A stretch of DNA of 64,000 bases from a virus (IMGVR_UViG_2565956719_000002), one strand, 5' to 3'; shown: positions 29,974 to 40,688, counted from the stretch's first letter. A program made the numbers and translations. The notes: a model not told the origin generated them from the sequence alone.

Positions 29974-31089
29974 TTATTCAGCCGCCACCGGTTTTAACAA
30001 GCCAGCATCGAGCAGTTTACGCGTCAACCACTGCTGGCCTTTACCCGTTAATTGAGGCGTCAACCGTATCTGGTAGCCATCTTCATCATCCAGCACCACT
30101 TCTTTCACCGTGAAATACCCCGCGTTGATGTACTGCTGGAACGGCACATTTTTACGTCCACCGGACGCTATCAGGATGCCGTTCTCCCGTAACCAGGCAA
30201 ACAGCGCATTTTGTTTAAGTCCAACGACCTTTGCAAAATTCCCAATCAGGATCCCTTTAGCTACTGATACCCGGTCGGCAAAATCGACTTTAGGAGCGGC
30301 GGCCACCAGCTGCTGATTTAGCTGGTGGGCTTTCTGTTCCAGAAGCTGCTTTTGTTCAGCCAGTTCGGCAGCCAGGCGCAGAGCTTCTGGAAGCGTCTGG
30401 GGGATTGCAACCGGTTGCTGTTCTTTTTGCCGGAAGTAGCTGTCTTCCAGTTTTTCAAAGAATGCCCATGCCTGATCGGTTTCGAGCATTTTAGCGTGGC
30501 GGGCTGCGCCGCGTTCCGTCCAGAGGATGAGTGAGCGGGCTTTAGGAGAGATAGGATTTTGTGAGTTACTTAAAGTCACCCGCAAATTGTTCAAATCATC
30601 TCCAATAACTTTATAGAAATGCTTACCTTCACAAAAACGTTCAGCATTACGGGAAAAGTTCTTCTTGATGTTATCCGCATCTGTCCCATACCCCTTAGCA
30701 AGGATCTTAGTTGTCACTACACGCACTCCCTGCCACTCTAGAACGGGAATTTCATCCGGCTGACTTTGAACAACCACCAGTTCTGATTCCTGAACTAAAG
30801 GTGTATTAATTTTTTCAGATTTAACGTTAGTAGCTTTCATTCTGTGTGCCTCCTTGCGTGTTTCGGCTGCGACGGTTGCGTAATTCAGATGCCCCTGTTC
30901 GAGCAGGTATTCACGGATATCAGACAGCAGGATACGGTGAACAGCGTTCTTGTCCTTTCTCCGGTAAAGTTGTTTGGTGATCATGAAGTAGTTGGCAATA
31001 ACGCCTGGTATATCCCTGGTACTGATACAGGCAGTGTGCTGTTCAATTGCCTCGATCATCTCTTCACGGGTAACTAACGATGTTCTCAT
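29974..31089 (-). CDS. Antirepressor-like protein B (Bro-N-type central domain plus KilA-C-type C-terminus)
   Basis: 371 aa; central VLEWQGVRVVTTKILAKGYGTDADNIKKNFSRNAERFCEGKHFYKV Bro-N-like; first 86 and last about 143 residues near-identical to copy A. Confidence 0.75.
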   Translation of the reverse strand: MRTSLVTREEMIEAIEQHTACISTRDIPGVIANYFMITKQLYRRKDKNAVHRILLSDIREYLLEQGHLNYATVAAETRKEAHRMKATNVKSEKINTPLVQESELVVVQSQPDEIPVLEWQGVRVVTTKILAKGYGTDADNIKKNFSRNAERFCEGKHFYKVIGDDLNNLRVTLSNSQNPISPKARSLILWTERGAARHAKMLETDQAWAFFEKLEDSYFRQKEQQPVAIPQTLPEALRLAAELAEQKQLLEQKAHQLNQQLVAAAPKVDFADRVSVAKGILIGNFAKVVGLKQNALFAWLRENGILIASGGRKNVPFQQYINAGYFTVKEVVLDDEDGYQIRLTPQLTGKGQQWLTRKLLDAGLLKPVAAE

Positions 31090-31312
31090 AGTCCCTCCTG
31101 AGCAGAAGCGTTAACAGGGAGGCACCAGTAACTGAGAGAATTGCGTGAATCAGTGGAAAAACGGGCAGAGAAAATACATGGGGCGTCAGGAAGCTGAGAG
31201 CGGGCCTCATCTTCTGTCGGTGCAATAACGAAGTGATAGTGACGTTTTTGGCAGGAGTAAAAGCGCCAGATAAATACAGGATGAGTTGGGGTAGGGATAG
31301 TAGCCATATTGG
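31086..31312 (-). CDS. Leader protein coupled to antirepressor B (icd-like position)
   Basis: ATG with GGAGG upstream; 62 C-terminal codons conserved with copy A; stop overlaps ant start. Confidence 0.5.
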
Positions 31313-31472
31313 CAGCCTCCTTAGACGTTGGTATGTAACCACCGCAGAAGAGACCAATCTTGCTGGCGGTGGACTGTACGGAGTTGGCCTTACTGGCGTC
31401 CAAGGTAACCAGCCTACCCGAAGGTAGCCCCATACAGCCCACCATTGTAGAGGTGTGCGTGTACGCCGATAC

Positions 31473-31495
31473 AAAAAAAAGACGCGAGCGGCGTC
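31473..31495 (-). terminator. Hairpin plus T8 on minus strand (pacB terminator and/or 3-prime end of a c4-like RNA)
   Basis: GACGCCGCTCGCGTC followed by TTTTTTTT on minus strand. Confidence 0.6.
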
Positions 31496-31626
31496 TGTAT
31501 CGCCTTAGACTTAAGCGGGAGGCCAATCCCGGCACCCGTTTTAATGAGGTGCCTGATAAGCATAAACCGAAAATGCCTCAAGGCGCAAGAGGTCAGGTTC
31601 AATGTAACATCGGCAGTCAAAAAACA
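31496..31626 (-). ncRNA. Candidate c4-like antisense RNA region of module B
   Basis: Contains ATTGGCCTCCC, complementary with a 2-nt bulge to the GGAGGCTGCCAAT ribosome-binding region of the leader ORF; lies between operator-like box and hairpin. Confidence 0.3.
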
Positions 31627-31643
31627 CAATTTATTAGAGCAAG
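31627..31643 (-). promoter_or_regulatory. C1-operator-like 17-mer upstream of antirepressor module B
   Basis: Minus strand CTTGCTCTAATAAATTG, 15/17; about 315 bp upstream of leader ORF B. Confidence 0.45.
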
Positions 31644-31646
31644 ATT

Positions 31647-33131
31647 TTACTCATTAAGCCATGCCAGAGCTTCATCAACCTGCGCTTCGTCTTCGACGCT
31701 AAGCACTTCATCCTGGGGAACATAATCCGCCAGCATAGCGAAACAATATGTATCCCAATGGTCTGGTGAATGCAGGTTGAGTTTTTTCTTCATATCCTCC
31801 TTACTCATCACCTTCCATTGACCTGCGGAGTTAATCCCTACAGGGATTTTCGACGCTTCCTCAATAGTTTCATTACCCTTATCCAGTCTCATACGACCAG
31901 ATTTTACGGCCTCTGCGGCTTGAACGTTGGCATAAGCACGTTTATCAAAGTACAGGCTCTTATCTTCACGGCTATGCATCTTTTTACCCCAGCGTATACG
32001 CTGTACGGTAATACCATAATACTCGTACATCAGATCCGCCGTTGCTTTACCCAGGCCATCGCCGTCTATCGCTATGGTAATATTTGGGAATCGCTCAGGA
32101 TTACATTCTGCGAAAATTTTGGCGGCAAGCTGCGTTTCTGTAACGTCTGTGTATTCCAGCATTCGATAGTTGATTACACGGCGTTTATTTCTCTGGCCGG
32201 ACACCATCATGATATTGATAACGGACTTATCCCGTCCCGTACCACCAGCAACGTCCACACATGCAAGCCAGCCCCATCCTTTGGCAATCTTGACTTTCCG
32301 CCGCGTCGCACGTTCAACCTCATCACGTCCAAGAAGGAAGCCATCCTGTGATTTAGGGAATAGTCCGCGTACCTTAATCATGTACATAGGGTTATCACGC
32401 CCGCCGTACTCCGCCAGCTTCATTTTGATAAATGCTGGCGTTACCAGCGGTGATTCCTCACTGTTAAGCGTGATCGCCGTATAAACGCCATCAGGGTTAC
32501 CAGGACGCTTGGCCAGTTTATGGTGAGTATCGTAGAAATAGCCGCTTGGGCGTGTAGGCTGTGACAGTAATAAGATGCGGTTATCCTGTCCGGTAAGAGC
32601 ACCGGTGATGATACCGAAAGCTCTATCACTGACACCGGAGGCTTCATCGATAATATACAGAAGATGATCTGCGTGTTCACCGGCGAGAGCTTCTTCACTT
32701 CCCAGACGAAAGCCCTTCGGTACTACAGTCCATACACCTTTACCAGTAACCTCATAGAAAGCGGTTTCTGTCAGAACAAAATAATCAGCAAGCCATGGAA
32801 AACGGCTGGTGGCAGTAGCCCAGTTTATCTTGATGTACTTGAATATACCGGTCATTACCTGCTGAATTTTGTTCGCAACGATAATGGCGCGGGCACCGGG
32901 ATACATGATTATGAACAACATGATCATGATAGAAGTCATGTCTGATTTCCCGGTACCGTGACCAGACGAAACAGATGTCTTGCTACCCTGTTCCTGCACA
33001 GACTCAATAATCAGATCCTGCTGCCAGGTAGGTGTTTTGCCGAACAAAACATCAGCGGCAGCAATCCAGTCATAACGATATAGCGCCACCAGCTCGCGCC
33101 AACGTGGATCCGTTACGCAACTTCTGGCCAT
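31647..33131 (-). CDS. pacB: Terminase large subunit PacB
   Basis: 494 aa; ATPase motifs ([18 protein letters not shown]) and RNaseH-like nuclease motifs ([21 protein letters not shown]); follows pacA. Confidence 0.85.
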   Translation of the reverse strand: MARSCVTDPRWRELVALYRYDWIAAADVLFGKTPTWQQDLIIESVQEQGSKTSVSSGHGTGKSDMTSIMIMLFIIMYPGARAIIVANKIQQVMTGIFKYIKINWATATSRFPWLADYFVLTETAFYEVTGKGVWTVVPKGFRLGSEEALAGEHADHLLYIIDEASGVSDRAFGIITGALTGQDNRILLLSQPTRPSGYFYDTHHKLAKRPGNPDGVYTAITLNSEESPLVTPAFIKMKLAEYGGRDNPMYMIKVRGLFPKSQDGFLLGRDEVERATRRKVKIAKGWGWLACVDVAGGTGRDKSVINIMMVSGQRNKRRVINYRMLEYTDVTETQLAAKIFAECNPERFPNITIAIDGDGLGKATADLMYEYYGITVQRIRWGKKMHSREDKSLYFDKRAYANVQAAEAVKSGRMRLDKGNETIEEASKIPVGINSAGQWKVMSKEDMKKKLNLHSPDHWDTYCFAMLADYVPQDEVLSVEDEAQVDEALAWLNE

Positions 33132-34324
33132 TAATCATCATCCCCGTATAGCTTGCGGGTAACTTCTTCGTCTTCCTCCTCGTCTTCGTCCAGGTCTTGT
33201 TCCAGCCATGGGTCGTTTGATACACCTTCAGTATCAACATCTCCATAACCGCCTGTATCAACGATATCGGCGATTTCTTCCCTACGCTGCTCAATCCACA
33301 ATGCGGCATCGGCGCGGCGGTTGGCGGCCCGTTCTCGCGCAACTTTGTCCAGATCTTCAAGAGAAGGGCCACCGACGGCTGTTTGCCTTTCCTCATCATC
33401 GGTATTGGTCTTAGGAGCACGCAGATCGGCTTTGATTTGCTCCAGCATCAGGGGCGGTACTTTCCCTCCATGCGCCTCGATGAATTCAGCTGCCTCCAGC
33501 ACTGACCAGTTGTTTTCACGCTTTCGTTCGTATGCCAGCTTAACAATGCCAGCTTGCCCCATAGACAAAGCGTGCTTTTCCGCCTCCCGGCTTTCTTTTC
33601 GATAGTTATTCCGGATGCTGTAAATGGTGTTGATCAGGCTGCTTATCTGCGCGGAACAGCTGTTTAGCATGCTCGCGATACGGTATTCAGGCGGAGTTCC
33701 TTCATCATCGTCTTTTTGTTGATCGCGCATTTCCTGAACCAAGCGAATACACGTATCCCTGGCGTTCTCCAGCATAAGGAGATGAGAGAGAGACTTTTCC
33801 AGAAGAGTGGTTTCCAGAACATCAGCCCCGGACCGACGCAACATAGCGCGCGCGGCCTTCCGCGCTTCAACGTTATCTATCAGGTAATCGCCAGCTTCGA
33901 ATTCAAAGCGTTCACCATCATCATCCAGGGTGTCGCGTTCCAGGCGATCACGTAAGGTCCGGTGGGCGCGGGTGATCACGTCATGATCATCAGAACGATC
34001 ATTTATGCGCTTATTCTGGCGCTTCGCGTTCTCGACTGCGGCACTGACAACAGCATTAACTCTTTGTTTTTCAGCCAGTTCAGCCACAATGTGATCACCT
34101 GCACGTTGATCATTAGCGTGATCAATGATCATGCTTTTTAGTGGTTTTCTGACAGGCTTATTTGGCTTACGGCTGTCCGCTGTTCCGGTGTCTTCTTTGA
34201 ATGCACGGAGATAACGACGTGCGGTGTTTGGGTTGAGATTAAACTCGGCGGCATATTGTGCGATGGTGTAACCACCATCTCGCGCCAGGCGAGCAAAATT
34301 CTTCTTGTGATCGTCCCAGGTCAC
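33131..34324 (-). CDS. pacA: Terminase small/pac-recognition subunit PacA
   Basis: 397 aa, GTG start with AGGAAG upstream; pac hexamer clusters lie in its 5-prime part. Confidence 0.85.
   Translation of the reverse strand: MTWDDHKKNFARLARDGGYTIAQYAAEFNLNPNTARRYLRAFKEDTGTADSRKPNKPVRKPLKSMIIDHANDQRAGDHIVAELAEKQRVNAVVSAAVENAKRQNKRINDRSDDHDVITRAHRTLRDRLERDTLDDDGERFEFEAGDYLIDNVEARKAARAMLRRSGADVLETTLLEKSLSHLLMLENARDTCIRLVQEMRDQQKDDDEGTPPEYRIASMLNSCSAQISSLINTIYSIRNNYRKESREAEKHALSMGQAGIVKLAYERKRENNWSVLEAAEFIEAHGGKVPPLMLEQIKADLRAPKTNTDDEERQTAVGGPSLEDLDKVARERAANRRADAALWIEQRREEIADIVDTGGYGDVDTEGVSNDPWLEQDLDEDEEEDEEVTRKLYGDDD
33973..34131. other. pac packaging site (two clusters of TGATCA/G hexamers with GATC Dam sites)
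   Basis: Three hexamers at 33973-34001 and four at 34092-34131, inside pacA, about 90 bp apart; matches the P1 pac layout as recalled. Confidence 0.75.
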
Positions 34325-34358
34325 TTATGCTTCCTTTCGTATAAAACTCTTTTTGACG

Positions 34359-34383
34359 CGAGGGTAACGAAAGTCACATGTCA
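34359..34383 (-). promoter_or_regulatory. Late-promoter-like element upstream of pacA
   Basis: Minus strand GACATGTGACTTTCGTTACCCT. Confidence 0.35.
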
Positions 34384-34410
34384 AAAGGCCCGGAACGGGC
34401 AAGCAATCAA

Positions 34411-34863
34411 TCAGATACGTGCGGATGTGGCATTACCGTAATGACGGTGCTGACGGACCACCTTATTGAAAAGTTGACGCGCCATCACCCAAGGCTGGTG
34501 CTCCCGGCGTTCCTTTTCGTCCTGCGTCATATAGAGTTCGTTCTGGAGTTTTTCATCAAACCGGCGCGGAGCGCGGCTGCGGCGAAAGAATTCAGGATTC
34601 AGAGAGTGGATCTGAAATCTACGTGGGCGTGTACTGTCATCAATCAAAACAGACGAATACTTAGACACAGCGATAGCCTTTAAGCGCAGATAAACATCGC
34701 GCTTATCGACATCCAGATGCGGGTATTCCTTTTCAAGAATTGCTGCGAGTTCTTTCGCTGATAGAAGAGATTTAGTGCGGATCATGTAATCCGCAATCTC
34801 GTACGATGTTATTCGTGAGTGATTTATTTCCATGAAGTGGCGTCCCTGCCAGTTAAGTAACAT
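34411..34863 (-). CDS. lpa: Late promoter activator (Lpa-like)
   Basis: 150-aa ORF immediately upstream of pacA, preceded by an operator-like box; assignment by position and size. Confidence 0.55.
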   Translation of the reverse strand: MLLNWQGRHFMEINHSRITSYEIADYMIRTKSLLSAKELAAILEKEYPHLDVDKRDVYLRLKAIAVSKYSSVLIDDSTRPRRFQIHSLNPEFFRRSRAPRRFDEKLQNELYMTQDEKERREHQPWVMARQLFNKVVRQHRHYGNATSARI

Positions 34864-34933
34864 CCTGTCACCTACTGATTAGCCCATGTCAACTAATCAA
34901 CGTCGAATATAATACCCTCGATTAAAGAAATAG

Positions 34934-34950
34934 CAATACATTAGAGCAAT
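34934..34950 (-). promoter_or_regulatory. C1-operator-like box upstream of lpa
   Basis: Minus strand ATTGCTCTAATGTATTG, 14/17. Confidence 0.45.
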
Positions 34951-34951
34951 T

Positions 34952-35995
34952 TTATCTAACACTCGACGAATGACTTGTGATAGCGCCGACTCCAAGCGCG
35001 TAATCAAAGAACAATCGTTGATGCATCGCCAGCCTACCGTGCGTCTTCTCCCAATTATCGCGGTCACGCTCAATATCACGCTGGCATGACTGGCACAGAG
35101 GAATAGCATAAATGTCATGCGCGCATAATCGACTATGACGAACGATATAAGGCGTAATGTGAGCGCCAGCTCCCGCAGCTCCACAGCCACAGCATGGACG
35201 GGAAGCCACAAAGTCCATGTACTCGGGCAATTTTAGCGATTGAAGTTTTGGTATCTTGAAATGCGCCATACCTGGGTCGGAGTCAACATCCACAGGGCAT
35301 ACTTTTGCACGCATCGGCGCGGCGCGTTCTTCCATCATCTGAACATATGCTGTAGCGCGATCGTCATACGGGCGAATATCCGCCTCTTTCAGAGGTCCGC
35401 TATCCTGCGTTGCGGCTTTCATCTTATTTATTGATATACGGCAAACTTCTTCCGGCATCAGGTGCATCATGTTGCGCATGAAAGCCCACCAGCACAGTTC
35501 CTGAATACTTAAATCATGGCCATCTGAAAGCCCCATTTCCTGACGGGCGACATCCAGTATCCAGTTAACGCGATTATTATGCAGCGTTTCTTTCAGCTCA
35601 TTAAAACCACGCATCCGGTAATGGTTATCGTGATGCCAGCACAACAACACCGCGCTATTGTCTCGTTCTGCGTGGACAATATGGTTGTCACACCAGCTAC
35701 GATCTGCGGCCTGGCATTGCCCCTCTTTCCTGCGCAACCACGCCACCAGCGCGTCAATTCCACCAATACGGCGAAACAGTTCATCGCTGTTAAAAAACGG
35801 CTGCAACGCCTCATTTGTTGCCATAGTTTGCTCGGAAACAACGAGGCCGTCGTCCATGTGCTCGATTAACTCACGCGGCACCGGCTCCATAATAAATTTA
35901 CGGCCAGCCTCCACCAGCTTTCTGACTTCCTGATCCACTTTGAATGTGGCGACGCCAAGCTCTTTTTGTACAAAGGGAGTAATTACGGCTTTCAC
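34952..35995 (-). CDS. Cys-rich protein (position of P1 pdcB)
   Basis: 347 aa; C-terminal CCGCG...H...CQSCQ cluster suggesting a zinc-binding nuclease-like domain. Confidence 0.5.
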   Translation of the reverse strand: MKAVITPFVQKELGVATFKVDQEVRKLVEAGRKFIMEPVPRELIEHMDDGLVVSEQTMATNEALQPFFNSDELFRRIGGIDALVAWLRRKEGQCQAADRSWCDNHIVHAERDNSAVLLCWHHDNHYRMRGFNELKETLHNNRVNWILDVARQEMGLSDGHDLSIQELCWWAFMRNMMHLMPEEVCRISINKMKAATQDSGPLKEADIRPYDDRATAYVQMMEERAAPMRAKVCPVDVDSDPGMAHFKIPKLQSLKLPEYMDFVASRPCCGCGAAGAGAHITPYIVRHSRLCAHDIYAIPLCQSCQRDIERDRDNWEKTHGRLAMHQRLFFDYALGVGAITSHSSSVR

Positions 35996-36022
35996 ATCAC
36001 ACCTTTCATCACTGATTGGGCT

Positions 36023-36223
36023 TTATCTGCTGCCCGGCATTCTCTGTTTAAGCACAACCATTTCCTGACGGCATAACACAGCAATAGCTGTCCTGGCACC
36101 AATTTGCTTACCAACCAGGTATTGCTTTACCTTGCGGCGACTCACGCCATCAAGAAGCATCTTTAACGCTTCACGGGACAACTTGTTGTATTTGCGTGCC
36201 ATTAATCTACTCCGCAGAACCAT
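36023..36223 (-). CDS. Small basic protein (position of P1 pdcA)
   Basis: 66-aa ORF downstream of doc. Confidence 0.4.
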
Positions 36224-36587
36224 ACAATCTACGTAACGTGTCGGCGACAGAAGATACAGATATCTCGCCAGTCGCAGCGCCTACGGTAAGGTCTGCCAGT
36301 TCAGGTGAATCAAATACCTGCACCCCGTTACGGCGTAGAAATAGCAGCGCACTGTTTAGCGCGGTACGCTTATTGGCATCATTGAATATATGCCCTCTCG
36401 CTGTAGCCACCAGGTAGGTGGCAGAGACTTCGAAAAGGTCGGTGATCTCTTCGTAGGCAACTCTGGCCTGAACTCTCCCGATAATGGCCTCTGCCCTACC
36501 CGGATCAGACATTCCCGGCAGGCCGCCGTAGCGGCTTATATTCGCATCATGAAGCGCAATAAGTTCTTCCGGTGATATATGCCTCAT
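36207..36587 (-). CDS. doc: Doc toxin (Fic-fold kinase)
   Basis: 126 aa [39 protein letters not shown]...; matches P1 Doc as recalled. Confidence 0.95.
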
Positions 36588-36808
36588 TATCGGTTAACCA
36601 GTTCCTTGTTGGTGGAGTCCAGGGTGTCAAACAGGGATGCAAATTCAGCATCCAGCGCCGCTTTTTTGTAGGCTTCGAAAGTAGCCTTGCTGACAATTAC
36701 TGCTGGCTCACGGCCTCTGCGGGTGATTTCAACCTCTTCCCCGGCTTCAACATTGTTGAGCACTTCAGAAAGGTTGCCACGCGCGGTACGGAAGTTAATG
36801 GATTGCAT
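36587..36808 (-). CDS. phd: Phd antitoxin
   Basis: 73 aa [40 protein letters not shown]...; overlaps doc start. Confidence 0.95.
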
Positions 36809-36880
36809 AAACACCTCGTGTACTCGTTATGTGTACACAATTATAAACTTCACAGGCATAAAGCACCAGCCCTTTGCAGC

Positions 36881-37270
36881 TTAAATAACCGGACAATCAT
36901 CAAACTCCCCACTTCTGGCATCATTGATGACATGAGTGATCACACCAAAAACAGCATTACTGCCCGTGTATCCATCGTCATCTACTGGTAACGCCTCTTT
37001 CTTCCCGGTGCTTAAGTCCTCCAGGTGCTGGCGCGGATACTTCCTGTATCTCTTTATGCGATATTCACCCTCCATAGCGCACACAAGCAGAGAACCATCA
37101 ACCGGAGTAAGCGAGGAATCAACCACCAGCAAAGCACCCTGCAATATTCCCTCACGGTGATGGCTATCAGCTGCCCGCATGAAGTAGGTCGCTGAAGGAT
37201 GTCTAATTATCTGCTGATCAAGAGAAATTCGGCTTTCAACATAATCCGCCGCAGGAGAAGGGAAGCCCAT
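36881..37270 (-). CDS. humD: UmuD-prime-like protein (HumD-like)
   Basis: 129-aa ORF with a LexA box just upstream; position between phd and hot. Confidence 0.55.
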   Translation of the reverse strand: MGFPSPAADYVESRISLDQQIIRHPSATYFMRAADSHHREGILQGALLVVDSSLTPVDGSLLVCAMEGEYRIKRYRKYPRQHLEDLSTGKKEALPVDDDGYTGSNAVFGVITHVINDARSGEFDDCPVI

Positions 37271-37278
37271 AGCGTTTT

Positions 37279-37298
37279 ACCTCAATGATACTGTTTAT
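37279..37298. promoter_or_regulatory. LexA (SOS) box
   Basis: TACTGTTTATTCATACAGTA fits CTGT-N8-ACAG. Confidence 0.6.
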
Positions 37299-37393
37299 TC
37301 ATACAGTATACATTGAAAAGGCATAGTTTGTGAAAGCGGGGTTTGTAGGCGCGCCACGCTGGGGGCTAATCACATTTCTCCCCCATCTTGCCG

Positions 37394-37645
37394 TTATTTT
37401 TTTGGTGCATCCTCGTTCTGATACACCGGATCGCTCCCTTTTGGCAACTGGAGGCTTAACTGCCGGTAGTGCCGTAGCCGTTCCATGAAATAGGCGCGCA
37501 GGTTTTCCGGTTGCTCACGGGCCACCTGCTCTGCAATCACAGGTATATTCAGCCGTTCTTTGTAAGCAACGCCGCTGGCGGCAAGGTCTACGTTCACCTT
37601 GTCTCGCTCTTCCTGGCTTTTAGCTGCTATATTTCGATCTGACAC
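37394..37645 (-). CDS. hot: DNA polymerase III theta-subunit homolog (Hot-like)
   Basis: 83 aa; [43 protein letters not shown] parallels E. coli HolE as recalled. Confidence 0.75.
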   Translation of the reverse strand: MSDRNIAAKSQEERDKVNVDLAASGVAYKERLNIPVIAEQVAREQPENLRAYFMERLRHYRQLSLQLPKGSDPVYQNEDAPKK

Positions 37646-37677
37646 AAGAAACCTCCAGGAGTTAGTGGATCAGGCAC

Positions 37678-38028
37678 ATGCACAATAACGTTCTCAATGT
37701 TAGCCGTTCAATTCAGACAATCAGAGACTGCACCAGTGTGGTGGCATCAATCCCATTGCGGAACAGCATAGACGAACTGCAAATTCGTGTATTGAATCCG
37801 AATCAGGCTAATAAGCAATTGCGCTTTATTTTGACGCTGAAAAGTGAAACAGAGGGGATAAAGCACAGCGTAAAAGTGTTTTCTGAGGCCATTCTGCTTA
37901 ATGGGAAGCTCCGGCATCTGGTAAGGCCAGAACGTCAATATCCTGACGTCCTGGCGCGTGAAAAAGACCTTCTTTCTGAAGTTCAGGATAGGGTGATCGA
38001 TTTCGTCAAATGCTATCCCCTGCATTGA
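37678..38028 (+). CDS. Hypothetical protein
   Basis: 116-aa plus-strand ORF in divergent orientation. Confidence 0.4.
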   Translation: MHNNVLNVSRSIQTIRDCTSVVASIPLRNSIDELQIRVLNPNQANKQLRFILTLKSETEGIKHSVKVFSEAILLNGKLRHLVRPERQYPDVLAREKDLLSEVQDRVIDFVKCYPLH

Positions 38029-38297
38029 GGGCAGGTGTTCCCTTCCGCAAAGTAGGGAAAATTGCTATCAAGTTCATCACACCATCTGCGATGGTCGTAG
38101 CACCAAAACGCCTCCCACGGTGCACGGAAATACTTCATCCACCAGGACACTCGATCAGGTATATCTGCTGGTGGCAGTTCTTCTGGCAATAATTTGCCTG
38201 ATAATTCCCTTTCCGCCCGCGACAGCATTTTTTTGAGGCTCGCGTTCTCTTTTTCAAGCTCATCTACGCGCACCTGTAATTCAGCTTTCGTTGGCAT
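38013..38297 (-). CDS. Hypothetical coiled-coil protein with C-terminal Cys pair
   Basis: ATG (MPTKAEL) to stop; CPQC near C-terminus. Confidence 0.35.
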   Translation of the reverse strand: MPTKAELQVRVDELEKENASLKKMLSRAERELSGKLLPEELPPADIPDRVSWWMKYFRAPWEAFWCYDHRRWCDELDSNFPYFAEGNTCPQCRG

Positions 38298-38931
38298 GGT
38301 CCACCTCATGCTTTTCAGCCACCAGCGGCAATAAAGCCCTGGCCATCTTATGAACCAATAGTGCATCAATAATGCCAAGCGTATGCCCCGGCTTAATGTT
38401 TAATGCCGCCTCAAGGTGACACCTTTCCAGGTCACTTTTCTCGGCTTGTTTATGATGATCTGGTGTAATAACGTCGCCCAAAACACGGCTAATTCTTTCT
38501 CGTAATTGCTGGGTGCCAGCACACTTGATCGCTGTATCGTGGAGACGGTTAACCAGTTCGCGATAAACATGCGGCTTAATGCGGATACGTTCACCGGTGA
38601 CGCCCTTTCCTGGCGCTGGCACCGAACTATCCGGAATATCCGGATAGTTGCCAGCCTCGTAAGCTACCCACAGCCAGTGCATGAATGTTTCAGTGGACAC
38701 ACAACCACAGTCCACATCGATTTTTCCGCGTTGCTGTTCCAGCCAATGCTCAAAATTCAATCTACACGTATTACTTTCATGTTGCTCTTTTTGTCTCAAG
38801 GCCAGCATCTGCTGGGCTATTTCCAATACTTCATCTGCCGTATATCCAGCACCGTGACCATACATTTCGATACGGGAAATAATCTCTGATATGCGCTCTT
38901 CAGTGATTCTGGTCATTTCTTTTTGCGCCAT
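38281..38931 (-). CDS. Hypothetical protein
   Basis: 216-aa ORF with purine-rich ribosome-binding site. Confidence 0.5.
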   Translation of the reverse strand: MAQKEMTRITEERISEIISRIEMYGHGAGYTADEVLEIAQQMLALRQKEQHESNTCRLNFEHWLEQQRGKIDVDCGCVSTETFMHWLWVAYEAGNYPDIPDSSVPAPGKGVTGERIRIKPHVYRELVNRLHDTAIKCAGTQQLRERISRVLGDVITPDHHKQAEKSDLERCHLEAALNIKPGHTLGIIDALLVHKMARALLPLVAEKHEVDHANES

Positions 38932-39287
38932 TTCTTTTCACATTCCTTAGTCCATTTTTCAATGTTCATTTTGGCAATATCAGTCATTCCATCACCTAAG
39001 AAATACTTTTTCCGGTACGTCTTGCACTTAAACCACACTACAACAGCCACCAGCCAGAAAATAAAAGGCCATACGGCAATACCAACTCCAGCCGCGATAA
39101 AGCCCAATATCCATAAATGAAGCTCTCCAACTTCTGTTTCCGGCAATATTCTTAAAGAATTAAACAGCAGGCTGAACGAATGGTCGTATGCATTGGCAGT
39201 ATAAGACATGCAATCCATATAATTAAAGTCATAGCCTGCGGCTGCCGCCCATAATGGGCGGTCAAGAAAATGTTTTAGTGTCATCAT
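38913..39287 (-). CDS. Membrane protein
   Basis: 124 aa, hydrophobic core, Lys-rich C-terminus. Confidence 0.45.
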   Translation of the reverse strand: MMTLKHFLDRPLWAAAAGYDFNYMDCMSYTANAYDHSFSLLFNSLRILPETEVGELHLWILGFIAAGVGIAVWPFIFWLVAVVVWFKCKTYRKKYFLGDGMTDIAKMNIEKWTKECEKKWRKKK

Positions 39288-39293
39288 ATTAAT

Positions 39294-39587
39294 TTAAGGT
39301 TCAGACCAGTTATCTTCAATAGCAATGCTTAATCTTTGTAGCCATTCTGCTAATTTCAGCATTGCTTCTCTTTCGCTTAAACCACACGGAAAATCATCAA
39401 GCGATATTGTTGGCTTGAAGTTTCCCAAATTATCCATTTCAACGGTCAGATTTTGCTCCAGAACGGTATTTCTTACGCGGCTATTGTGCCGAAGCAAATA
39501 TACTGAACGTGATTTATTGGTTTTGTGGTCGAACGTATATTCGGTAAGTATCATCTGACTTCCGCCATGATTATTACCGCGCCACAT
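39294..39587 (-). CDS. Hypothetical protein
   Basis: 97-aa ORF in the tightly packed leftward array. Confidence 0.4.
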   Translation of the reverse strand: MWRGNNHGGSQMILTEYTFDHKTNKSRSVYLLRHNSRVRNTVLEQNLTVEMDNLGNFKPTISLDDFPCGLSEREAMLKLAEWLQRLSIAIEDNWSEP

Positions 39588-39610
39588 AATTACTCCGTGT
39601 TAATTGAAAT

Positions 39611-39913
39611 TTAGCTATTAATCTTCACTTTTATCGCGAACACCTTTACCGGTTTATCACCGAAGTGTGGATGTGTGATTGTTTTTATTTCATATCCGTT
39701 ATACGGGACGTCAATTCTGCGACTGAAGTCTTCGCGCTTCGGATATCCCTTTGTGATAATCAGGCGGTAATACTTACGGTTAACGAGGCGCTTATTCCAG
39801 TAGTCATTACACAGGCGATACTCTTCCGTTTTCTCCCCGCGAATCATGGCATCGAAGTATTCACCTTTAACGGCAAGTTGCAGGTTAGCCATTACCTCAC
39901 CTCCAGTCTCCAT
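39611..39913 (-). CDS. Hypothetical protein, possible ASCH/PUA-like fold
   Basis: 100 aa, MANLQLAVKGEYFDAMIRGEKTEEYR pattern. Confidence 0.4.
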   Translation of the reverse strand: METGGEVMANLQLAVKGEYFDAMIRGEKTEEYRLCNDYWNKRLVNRKYYRLIITKGYPKREDFSRRIDVPYNGYEIKTITHPHFGDKPVKVFAIKVKINS

Positions 39914-40152
39914 ACCGCCTGACCAATCCGGCTGGCATGGGTATCTTTGGATACTGTTCCGTCTTTAGCCAGCTCCATAAGAATTTTGCGCAAATCTGCC
40001 GAACGCCATTCTTCATCAGGAAATTCCTTCTCCATTGCCAACCGCAGATTCCAGGTTGCCATCCTGAATGGATATTCCCCGCCGAGAGCTTTATCTTGCA
40101 GGGCAGCCCGGGAACGCATCACCTGCAAAACCTTCTCTTTTACATCCATCAT
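39892..40152 (-). CDS. Hypothetical protein
   Basis: About 87 aa from ATG overlapping upstream stop; longer track ORF rejected (Arg-rich leader overlaps upstream gene). Confidence 0.4.
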   Translation of the reverse strand: MMDVKEKVLQVMRSRAALQDKALGGEYPFRMATWNLRLAMEKEFPDEEWRSADLRKILMELAKDGTVSKDTHASRIGQAVWRLEVR

Positions 40153-40688
40153 TTCGCCTCCTGCGGCGGTTCTGGTAGCGGCATCCAGAACAAGGCGTTC
40201 CCTAACCACGATAAAGTGCCGTCGCTCAACTCCACGTATTCCCCTTGTACCTGTCCTGCCATATACTCGCCGTGCTTTGAATAAATTAAAATCCAATCAT
40301 CTTGAGGGGGCATTCGCTCACTACAGCTTATCCAGCCATCCGGAGTTACCGGAGAGTTGCCATTTACATCGAAGTTTGGCTCTGCGTCCTGAACCAGGAG
40401 GATGTAACCATTCTTGGCTGTATCAAGTTCTAACGCCTCGGTGACGGTGCCGAAATAGCGATTACCTAAATCAGCATCACAAGTGCTTACATCAATGGAA
40501 ACTTCCATGCCTTCGATTAATTCTGGTAAGTTGTAAGTTTGGTTTACAGGCTCTGCTTCCAGCGATGCCAGAGCAATTCGTGCCAGTTCTTCCGCTTCTT
40601 CTGCTGGCAGTACAACGTTGCTACCCGGTCCGTATGTTTCGCGCCACTGCTTGATTGTCAGCAGTCGCTCTTTGGTAATAGTGATCAT
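40149..40688 (-). CDS. DUF551-like protein with conserved N-terminal module
   Basis: 179 aa; N-terminus ELARIALASLEAEPV shared with 41563-41925; C-terminal W/P-rich pattern. Confidence 0.5.
   Translation of the reverse strand: MITITKERLLTIKQWRETYGPGSNVVLPAEEAEELARIALASLEAEPVNQTYNLPELIEGMEVSIDVSTCDADLGNRYFGTVTEALELDTAKNGYILLVQDAEPNFDVNGNSPVTPDGWISCSERMPPQDDWILIYSKHGEYMAGQVQGEYVELSDGTLSWLGNALFWMPLPEPPQEAK

Noticed and set aside
39892-40296. Full-length 134-aa form of this ORF
   Set aside because: The first 48 codons are Arg-rich and overlap the upstream gene; an ATG overlapping the upstream stop gives a coupled 87-aa product.
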